Below are positions 10,898 through 18,092 of a stretch of 64,000 nucleotides of DNA, one piece after another. Origin of the DNA: an uncultured delta proteobacterium (GTDB taxonomy: Bacteria; Desulfobacterota; Binatia; Binatales; Binataceae); assembly GCA_963833025.1 (NCBI GenBank), contig CAWHWI010000005.1, positions 176,644 through 240,643 of the forward strand, written 5' to 3'. The position numbers were made by a program, and so were the translations under genes. The notes below the pieces were generated by a model. That model was not told the DNA's origin and searched no databases. It was given only the letters and a program-made list of their open reading frames with translations. Numbering within the stretch: position 1 is the stretch's first letter; each line of letters begins with the position of its first letter.

Positions 10898-11238
10898 CCT
10901 ACCGCCTCCACTGCTGCTTCCGGCACCGCCCATCCTTGCGCGATTCGGGCTCTGCGCCGTGCGCCGCCCCAGCGACTGTTCGGGCTCTTGGCCGGAGTTA
11001 TGGGCGCGGCGACCACGCTCTCCCTCGGTCTCTATCGACCCAGGCCGAATCGGCCTACCGCGCCCTCGTCCTACTCCATCTTCGGACTTTGATCGCAACA
11101 TACAAGGATGAAGGTGAGGGTCCGATTACAGCGCGCGATTTTTTTCGCGCGCGATTCAGGATTCTGCATCTCCCCCGAACGCTGGCCGAGTGACTAATCA
11201 TCTGCAATAAATGAACAGGCATCGCTCGGAGGAAATAT

Positions 11239-12135
11239 ATGATCCAGGTAACAGAGTTGGGCTACATGGGACTCGGCGTCAAAGATCTCGACGCATGGAA
11301 AAATTTCGCGACCGCGATCGTCGGCTTTGAACTCGCCGATGAAGGCGAGCACGATCGATGCTACCTGCGGATGGACTATCTCCATCATCGGCTCGTATTG
11401 CATGCCGACGGCAGCGACGACCTCGCATACCTCGGCTTGCGCGTCGCCGGCGCCGACGAATTCGCGCAGATGCAAAGTCAGCTGTCCGAGGCGGGGATAA
11501 AGTTCCGCGTCGGTTCCGAGGACGAAGCCGCCGAGCGTCGCGTGCTCGAAGTCCTCAAGCTCGACGACCCCGACGGCAATCCCGTCGAGATCTTTCACGG
11601 CCCGCTGATGCAATTCAGCAAGCCGTTTCATCCCGGCCGCGCGATGCATGGCCGCTTCAAGACCGGGGTCGGCGGACTCGGCCACTGCATCGTGCGCGAG
11701 GGCGACGTCGATGCCGCCCAGCGCTTCTATGCCCACCTCGGAATGCGCGGGGGCGTCGAGTACATGTTTCGCGCTGGCAAGCGCACCTTCGGGCTCGTCT
11801 TCATGGACTGCAACGAACGCGATCACTCCGTCGCCTTCGGCATCCCGGGCGGCGATCGCCGGCTCAACCACATCATGCTCGAAGTCGACAACCTCGACGA
11901 CGTCGGCATGACCTACGACCTGGTCCGCAAAAACAATATCCCGGTGACTATCACGCCCGGCAAGCACTCCAACGATCACATGTTCTCATTCTATTTCCGC
12001 AACCCGTCGGGCTGGAACTTCGAATACGGATGGGGCGCGCGGCCGGCAACCTACCAGTCGGAGTACTTTGAAGGCGACATCTACGGCCATCAATTCGAAG
12101 CCGGGCCCTCCGACATGGATCATGAGAAGAAATAG
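11239..12135 (+). CDS. type I extradiol ring-cleavage dioxygenase (BphC/HsaC-like, two VOC domains)
   Basis: 298 aa. LGYMGLGVKDLDAW, the internal second VOC domain LGHCIV and C-terminal HSNDHMFSFYFRNPSG..EYG match catechol/2,3-dihydroxybiphenyl extradiol dioxygenases. Confidence 0.9.
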   Translation: MIQVTELGYMGLGVKDLDAWKNFATAIVGFELADEGEHDRCYLRMDYLHHRLVLHADGSDDLAYLGLRVAGADEFAQMQSQLSEAGIKFRVGSEDEAAERRVLEVLKLDDPDGNPVEIFHGPLMQFSKPFHPGRAMHGRFKTGVGGLGHCIVREGDVDAAQRFYAHLGMRGGVEYMFRAGKRTFGLVFMDCNERDHSVAFGIPGGDRRLNHIMLEVDNLDDVGMTYDLVRKNNIPVTITPGKHSNDHMFSFYFRNPSGWNFEYGWGARPATYQSEYFEGDIYGHQFEAGPSDMDHEKK

Positions 12136-12146
12136 GTCGTCCGATA

Positions 12147-12332
12147 GGGGGTGAACTTTTAAGCCTTATGGGGCACCGCTGATCGTGCTAACTAGTAGAG
12201 CTATGGTCATCGACCACAGTGCTATTCGTTTGCCCAATCGCGTGACAAGCCGCGTTGGGACTTCCTCGGCGAGAGAAACAACTTTTGACGGAACGAAACT
12301 ACCGGTAGTGGTGCGCACCTCTCAGAACCACA
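12147..12332 (+). repeat. copy A of a conserved non-coding element (second copy 56545..56747)
   Basis: Shares GGGrTGAACTTTTmAGCCTTAyG (12147-12173 vs 56545-56567) and TTG(G)ACGGAACGAAACTACCGrTAGTGkTGC (12285-12314 vs 56699-56729), plus weaker similarity across the whole intergenic region. Confidence 0.7.
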
Positions 12333-12441
12333 GCCCAGTGTGGTTTTCGCCTTTTTGTCGAAACTTCAATTATACAAAAAATCGCGCTTTTCGCGCGGAA
12401 CTCGCCCTTGAATCCGTCTAACGGACCGATTAACACCAGAC

Positions 12442-13629
12442 ATGCCTATGGAAAATCTTGAAACCTTTCGTAAAGAAACGCGCGCGTGGCTCGAGGCCAA
12501 CTGTCCCGCCGAGATGCGCCGCCCGATGCAAACCGAAGAGGACTATTGCTGGGGCGGCCGGCATTGGAAATTTAATTCCGACGCGCAGCGCCAATGGCTC
12601 GAGCGCATGGCACAGAAGGGCTGGACGGTGCCGGAGTGGCCGCGCGAGTACGGTGGCGGCGGACTCTCGCGCGACGAGGCCAAAATCCTGCGCCAGGAAA
12701 TGCGCGCGCTTAACTGCCGCTCGCCGCTCGACAGCTTCGGCATCTGGATGCTCGGTCCCGCGCTGCTCAAATATGGTTCCGAAGAACAGAAGCGCGAGCA
12801 TCTGCCGAAAATCGCGCGCGGCGAGATTCGATGGTGCCAGGGATATTCGGAACCCGGCTCGGGCTCCGACCTCGCGTCGCTGCAAACCCGCGCCGAGGAC
12901 AAGGGCGACCAGTTTCTCGTCAACGGCTCGAAGATCTGGACCTCATACGCGGACAAGGCGGACTGGATTTTCTGCCTGGTGCGCACCGACCCGAACGCAC
13001 CCAAGCACGAAGGCATCAGCTTTATCCTGTTCGACATGGAAAGCGCGGGCGTTTCGACCAAGCCGATCACTCTGATCTCAGGCGCGTCGCCGTTCTGCCA
13101 GACTTTCTTCGACGACGTGCTCGTGCCCAAGGCAAACCTGGTCGGCAAGCTCAACAAGGGATGGGACATCGCGAAGTATCTGCTCACGCATGAGCGCGAC
13201 ATGATTGGCGGGATGGGCGGCACGTCCGAAAATCGCTCGCTCGGGCAAATTGCGGCCGACACGGTCGGCGCCGACAACGGGATCCTTGCCGACACTGTGC
13301 TCCGCGGGCAGATCGCCGCCTTCGAGATCGACGCACTCGCTTTCCGCCTCACGATGGATCGCGCGGGCGACATGGCCAAGGTCGGGAATGCTCATCCCGC
13401 CGTATCTTCGCTGCTGAAATACTACGGCACCGAGCTCAACAAGCGCCGGATGGAACTGGTGATGTCGGCCGGCGGCACCGACGCGCTCGAATGGGAAGGC
13501 GAGCGCTCACGCGAAGGCCGCACCGCGCGCGCGTGGCTGCGTTCCAAGGCCAATTCGATCGAAGGCGGCACCAGCGAGGTTCAGCTCAACATCATCGCCA
13601 AACGAATTCTGGGCCTGCCCGGTGCGTAG
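12442..13629 (+). CDS. acyl-CoA dehydrogenase family protein (catalytic-Glu-containing subunit)
   Basis: 395 aa with an ACAD fold. C-terminal SIEGGTSEVQLNIIAKR aligns with the MCAD YEGT catalytic-base motif. Confidence 0.9.
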   Translation: MPMENLETFRKETRAWLEANCPAEMRRPMQTEEDYCWGGRHWKFNSDAQRQWLERMAQKGWTVPEWPREYGGGGLSRDEAKILRQEMRALNCRSPLDSFGIWMLGPALLKYGSEEQKREHLPKIARGEIRWCQGYSEPGSGSDLASLQTRAEDKGDQFLVNGSKIWTSYADKADWIFCLVRTDPNAPKHEGISFILFDMESAGVSTKPITLISGASPFCQTFFDDVLVPKANLVGKLNKGWDIAKYLLTHERDMIGGMGGTSENRSLGQIAADTVGADNGILADTVLRGQIAAFEIDALAFRLTMDRAGDMAKVGNAHPAVSSLLKYYGTELNKRRMELVMSAGGTDALEWEGERSREGRTARAWLRSKANSIEGGTSEVQLNIIAKRILGLPGA

Positions 13630-13704
13630 AGAGTCGTCGAGCCTCTTCAGCCTGCCTCCACGGCGTTTGATGCCTCTACGGCGTTCGATTTTGAGTCTAA
13701 AAGA

Positions 13705-14844
13705 ATGGCGCTAGTTCTCAACGACGAACAGACGATGCTGCGTGACAATGCGCGCGGCTTCCTAGCCAAAAATGCGCCCGTCGCGCATCTGCGCGCGCTG
13801 CGCGACACGCGCGACGCCGACGGCTTCTCGCGCGCGCTCTGGAAACAGTTCGTCGAGATGGGCTGGGCGGGAATTCTGGTCCCGCAGGACTACGGCGGCC
13901 TCGGACTCGGACACGTCGAGGCCGGAGTGGTAGCGGAGGAGATGGGACGCAATCTCACGCCCTCCCCTTTTCTTTCGACCGCGGTTCTGGCCGCGACCGC
14001 GATCGCTCGCGCGGGCACTGACAAACAGAAGAAACAATATCTGCCGCAAATCGTTGGCGGCGAATTGATCGTGACCTTAGCCGTCGACGAAACCGCAAAG
14101 CATCATCCGGAAAAAATCGCGATGACTGCCGCTCGTGCCGGCAACGCGTTCAAGCTCAACGGCGCCAAGACTTTCGTGATCGACGGGCATGTCGCGAATC
14201 TTCTGATCGTTGCCGCTCGCACCTCGGGCAAACCGGGCGATACGACCGGACTCACACTGTTCATCGTTGATGCGAGCGCGCCGGGCGTTCGCGTCGAGCG
14301 TACTGCGACCGTGGATTCGCACAACGCTGCACGCATCACGTTCGAAGACGTGAACGTCAGCGCCGACAACGTGCTCGGCAATGTCGACGCGGGCTGGGAG
14401 GTCCTCGAGGGCGCGCTCAACGTCGGCCGCGCCGTCGCGGCGGCCGAGATGGTCGGTGCCAGCGAGGAAGCATTCAGCCGAACGGTCGCCTATTTGAAAG
14501 AACGCAAACAATTCGGCCGCGCGATCGGCGAATTCCAGGCACTGCAGCATCGCGCCGCACATCTCTACTGCGAACTCGAGGTCACGCGCTCGACCGTGCT
14601 CAAGGCTCTGCAGACGCTCGACGATTCTTTCGACCGCGCCGGTCCAATAGTGTCGGTGGCGAAAGCCCGCGCCGGGCTCAGCGCCACGCTCGCCGTGAAT
14701 GAAGCGGTGCAGATGCATGGCGGCATCGGGATGACCGACGAGTTCGACATCGGCTTGTTCATGAAGCGGGTCCGCGTCGCGAATGAACTGTTCGGCGATT
14801 CGAACTTTCATGCCGACCGCCTGGCTCGGCTCAACCGCTACTGA
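13705..14844 (+). CDS. acyl-CoA dehydrogenase family protein (Phe at the MCAD catalytic-Glu position)
   Basis: 379 aa with an ACAD fold. C-terminal HGGIGMTDEFDIGLFMKRVRVANELFGDSNFHADRLAR aligns position-for-position with the MCAD GGNGF...IYEGTSQIQRLIVAR, placing F where the catalytic E is. Confidence 0.9.
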   Translation: MALVLNDEQTMLRDNARGFLAKNAPVAHLRALRDTRDADGFSRALWKQFVEMGWAGILVPQDYGGLGLGHVEAGVVAEEMGRNLTPSPFLSTAVLAATAIARAGTDKQKKQYLPQIVGGELIVTLAVDETAKHHPEKIAMTAARAGNAFKLNGAKTFVIDGHVANLLIVAARTSGKPGDTTGLTLFIVDASAPGVRVERTATVDSHNAARITFEDVNVSADNVLGNVDAGWEVLEGALNVGRAVAAAEMVGASEEAFSRTVAYLKERKQFGRAIGEFQALQHRAAHLYCELEVTRSTVLKALQTLDDSFDRAGPIVSVAKARAGLSATLAVNEAVQMHGGIGMTDEFDIGLFMKRVRVANELFGDSNFHADRLARLNRY

Positions 14845-14878
14845 AAGTTCTGCACACATTCTTGCAAGGGGTACTCCG

Positions 14879-15694
14879 ATGAGTGATCGAGACTCCGTGA
14901 CGGCTGCGATCGTGGGCGCGGGCGAGATGGGCGCCGCGGTCGGCCGCCGGCTTCGCGAAGCCGGTGCGCGCGTAGTGACCTCGCTCGCCGGCCGCAGTGC
15001 GGACAGCGTCGCGCGCGTTCGCGACGCGGGCCTCGAGGTCGTCAACGACGACGATACGCTGGTGCGCGACGCGAATTTCGTTCTTTCGATCGTTCCACCC
15101 GGCGTCGCCGTCGAAGTAGCCGAGCGCGTTCGCGGTCCTCTCACCCGCGCGCACGCGAAGCCCGTCTTCGTCGAATGCAACGCGATTTCTCCCGCGACCT
15201 GCCGGCGCATCCACGACTTGCTCGGCGCGAGCACTTTCATCGACGCCGGCATCATCGGAGGACCGCCCGTCGCCGGCACTCAGGATCCCGCAAAGGGTCC
15301 GCGCTTTTACGCATCGGGTGCCGACGCTCGCATGCTGACGCGCCTGGCCGCCTTCGGTCTCGATATCGCAGTCCTCGACGGCCCGGTCGGCGCGGCTTCC
15401 GGATTGAAACTCTCTTACGCCGGATTGACCAAGGGCTTCACGGCGCTGTGCGCGACGATGCTGGCCGCCGCCGAACGCGAAGGCCTGGCTGACGCGTTGC
15501 GCGCGGAACTCGCGCGCAGTCAGCCAAGCTTTCTCACGCGCCTCGATCGCGCCGTTCCCGCGATGCGTCCGAAGGCGTACCGCTGGGTGGCCGAGATGCA
15601 GCAGATCGCGGAGTACGTCGGCGCCCCCGAAGACGGCGCGACGATCTATGAAGGCGCCGCCCTGCTTTATCAACGAATCGCCAACAACTATTAA
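14879..15694 (+). CDS. NAD(P)-binding oxidoreductase (6-PGDH-type Rossmann domain + DUF1932-like C-terminus)
   Basis: Start at ATG 14879 (MSDRDS). Has the GxGxxG motif IVGAGEMGAAVG. The upstream part of ORF 14783 overlaps the ACAD gene and is discarded. Confidence 0.7.
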   Translation: MSDRDSVTAAIVGAGEMGAAVGRRLREAGARVVTSLAGRSADSVARVRDAGLEVVNDDDTLVRDANFVLSIVPPGVAVEVAERVRGPLTRAHAKPVFVECNAISPATCRRIHDLLGASTFIDAGIIGGPPVAGTQDPAKGPRFYASGADARMLTRLAAFGLDIAVLDGPVGAASGLKLSYAGLTKGFTALCATMLAAAEREGLADALRAELARSQPSFLTRLDRAVPAMRPKAYRWVAEMQQIAEYVGAPEDGATIYEGAALLYQRIANNY

Positions 15695-15844
15695 CCTATT
15701 CCTGCGTTCGCTTGGGCCACCCCTGTTCCGACCGCCGAGCCTGGCTGATTTTCACGTGGCGATGCTCGATTCCAAGGCACGACTGTTGCTGCTCTTAGAC
15801 TGCGAGGGCATCGCGAACCCCCTCGCGGGAGTATTGGATTCAGA

Positions 15845-18064
15845 ATGGGACGCTGCGAGACCGATATCGCCGACGACGAGATCAGCCGGCGCCAAGCCGC
15901 CGAGCACGAACTCGAAGCGCTGCGCGCTGAACTGGCCGAGCAAGTCGCCGCTCTCCATCAAGCCCAGGTCCGGCTCGAACAGGAAGTCGCTCAGCGCGAC
16001 CGCGTCATAGCGGAAGGCGAGCTGACTGCGGCCAAGTTGCGGGAAAGTGAGCAGGCGCTGCGCGCTCTGTTCGATCAGAACCTCGATTCCATGATGATTC
16101 TCGATCTCGAAACCGGCAGATACATCGATGTGAACGAAGAGTACATCCGCAATAGCGGCTACAGCCGCGAAGAAATAATCGGGAAACGTTCGCGCGAAAT
16201 CCGGTCATTCTCGATCGCCGAGGAGAACGAGCGCCTGGTCGCCGAGCTAAAGCGAGTCGGCCTGGTCAGGAACATGGAGGCAACTTTCCGCCGCAAAGAC
16301 GGTGCCACTTATACTGGCCTGATCTCCGCGCTCAACCTGAAGCTCCGCGGACATTGGTGTTGCATCACGATCACTCGCGATATCGGCGCGCTCAAGGAGA
16401 CGCAGCGCCAGCTGATCGATGCACGCGAGGCCGCGCTCGAGGCCTCGCGAGCCAAGTCTGATTTTCTCTCCAGCATGTCGCACGAGATTCGCACGCCGAT
16501 GAACGCGGTGCTTGGAATGGCCGACGTGATGTCGGAAGGCGACTTGAGCGCAGAGCAACGCCGCTATCTGGATATCATCCGCAGCAACGGCGTCACCCTG
16601 CTCGATCTGATCAACGACATACTCGATCTCGCCAAAGTCGAGAGCGGGCAGCTCAGCTTCGAGGAAACGGCTTTCGAGATCCGCGAGCTGATCGACACCG
16701 TCGCCGCCACGATGGGGTTGCGCGCGCACGAGAAGCATCTGGAACTCGCCGGCCACGTCGCCTCCGAGGTGCCTCGCACCCTCATCGGCGACCCTCTGCG
16801 CCTGCGTCAGATCATTGTCAATTTGCTCAGCAACGCGGTTAAGTTCACGGCCAAGGGGGAAATCGTGCTCAGCGTCGAGATGGCGCGTCCGGATGCCGGC
16901 TCGGGTACCGCGTTGATTCGTTTTTCGGTGACCGATAGCGGCATCGGAATTTCTTCCGACAAAACCGAGTCGATCTTCAGCGCCTTCACGCAGGCCGATT
17001 CCTCGACGACCCGAAGATACGGCGGGACCGGGCTCGGTCTCACCATCGTCAAACGGCTCGTCGAGATGTACCGGGGCGAGATAGTCGTCGTCGGCGTGCC
17101 CGGCAAGGGCAGCACCTTCAGCTTCACAGCCGAATTCAGGACCCACACTGGCGATGCGGCGGTCGTGCCCGCCGCGAAGGTCAAGCTGGCCGGCATGCGG
17201 ATGCTCGTCATCGATGACACTGCGGTCAACCGAATGATCCTGGAACAGGCGCTCATCTCGCGCGGCGTCCTGGTCACCTGTGTCGCGAGCGGCCAGGCCG
17301 CGCTTGACGAAATCGATCGCGCCGCGGCGGCAGGCGACTCGTATCGCGCGATATTGCTGGATTGCCGGATGCCCGCGATGGACGGGATCGAAGTGGCAGC
17401 TCGGATTCGGATTCGTGATCTGGCGCCCGCCAACCGTCCAATCATCTTGATGCTCACTTCGGACGACTTGAGCGAAACTATCGCGCGCGCTCGCGCAGTG
17501 GGCGTCGAAACTTACATGATCAAACCGATCAAGCGCGCCGATCTGTTCGAAGCGCTCGACCGTGCCCTTGGCGCCGCTGGAGCATCGACGCGCGCCGCCG
17601 CGCCTTCAGCCTACAAAGTGGCCGACTCGACACCTGCCGGCGCGTTCAACGAAGTGCGCCCTCTGAACATCCTGCTGACCGACGATTCGCGCGACAACCG
17701 GCTGTTGGTCCGCGCCTATTTCAACAAGATGCCATACACTATCGACGAAGCCGAAAACGGCGCCGTGGCCGTCGAGAGGTTTCAGACCGGTCTCTACGAC
17801 CTGGTCCTGATGGACATCGAGATGCCCGTCATGGACGGCTATTCTGCGACTCGGGCGATGCGCGCGATCGAGCGGGAAACCGGACGCCGGCGCGTCCCCA
17901 TCCTGGCACTTACCGCTTCCGTGCTCACCGAGGCGTTGAAGAAAGCACACGACGCGGGATGCGATGCGCACGTCGCCAAGCCCGTGAAAAAAGCCACCCT
18001 GCTGGCCGCCATTCACAAGGCGGTCGGCGATGCCGAAGCGTGCGACAACCGCCCGCGCGCATGA
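15845..18064 (+). CDS. hybrid sensor histidine kinase/response regulator (coiled coil-PAS-HisKA-HATPase-REC-REC)
   Basis: 739 aa with H-box SHEIRTPMNAV, N/G boxes (NLLSNAVKFT, DSGIGI, GGTGLGL) and two receiver domains (VIDD...LLDCRMPAMDG and LLTDD...LMDIEMPVMDG). Confidence 0.9.
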   Translation: MGRCETDIADDEISRRQAAEHELEALRAELAEQVAALHQAQVRLEQEVAQRDRVIAEGELTAAKLRESEQALRALFDQNLDSMMILDLETGRYIDVNEEYIRNSGYSREEIIGKRSREIRSFSIAEENERLVAELKRVGLVRNMEATFRRKDGATYTGLISALNLKLRGHWCCITITRDIGALKETQRQLIDAREAALEASRAKSDFLSSMSHEIRTPMNAVLGMADVMSEGDLSAEQRRYLDIIRSNGVTLLDLINDILDLAKVESGQLSFEETAFEIRELIDTVAATMGLRAHEKHLELAGHVASEVPRTLIGDPLRLRQIIVNLLSNAVKFTAKGEIVLSVEMARPDAGSGTALIRFSVTDSGIGISSDKTESIFSAFTQADSSTTRRYGGTGLGLTIVKRLVEMYRGEIVVVGVPGKGSTFSFTAEFRTHTGDAAVVPAAKVKLAGMRMLVIDDTAVNRMILEQALISRGVLVTCVASGQAALDEIDRAAAAGDSYRAILLDCRMPAMDGIEVAARIRIRDLAPANRPIILMLTSDDLSETIARARAVGVETYMIKPIKRADLFEALDRALGAAGASTRAAAPSAYKVADSTPAGAFNEVRPLNILLTDDSRDNRLLVRAYFNKMPYTIDEAENGAVAVERFQTGLYDLVLMDIEMPVMDGYSATRAMRAIERETGRRRVPILALTASVLTEALKKAHDAGCDAHVAKPVKKATLLAAIHKAVGDAEACDNRPRA

Positions 18065-18092
18065 AGGTTACACGCTCATCCGTGGCGAATCG

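Larger units (their letters stand above)
9866..11103 (-). mobile_element. IS110-family insertion sequence (about 1.24 kb; ends approximate, +/- about 10 bp)
   Basis: Single DEDD-type transposase gene plus ~200 nt 5' and ~85 nt 3' non-coding ends. Boundaries are inferred by comparing flanks (9843-9865 and 11104-11190) with the uninterrupted related repeat at 54335-54445. No terminal inverted repeats, as expected for IS110. Confidence 0.6.

Noticed and set aside
12160-12185. Possible sigma-54 promoter (GGGGCACC...TCGTGCT) in element copy A
   Set aside because: The GG-to-GC spacing does not fit TGGCAC-N5-TTGC; it is off by about 3 nt. Copy B also lacks the GGCAC box.
12147-12332. Possible tmRNA (5' GGGGGTGAAC..., and AACGAAACTAC resembling the E. 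coli tag region AACGACGAAAACTAC)
   Set aside because: There is no tRNA-like 3' end (no GGTTCGA T-arm, no acceptor complement or CCA). No reading frame ends in an ALAA-type tag. The element occurs twice in 44 kb, which is not expected for ssrA.
14077-15279. 400-aa minus-strand ORF, plus similar long antisense ORFs at 860..1837, 20717..21922, 25169..26242, 34954..36069, 36039..36968, 37945..39096, 39089..39910, 41316..42425, 43130..43753, 44310..45107 and 60086..60928
   Set aside because: Each is antisense or out of frame to a gene with clear family motifs. All have Arg/Pro/His-rich compositions, and none has a plausible ribosome-binding site or a recognisable domain.
15648-16010. 120-aa + strand ORF upstream of and overlapping the hybrid histidine kinase start
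   Set aside because: It is in a different frame from the kinase, has no motif support and overlaps the better-supported kinase ORF. It may simply reflect uncertainty in the kinase start.
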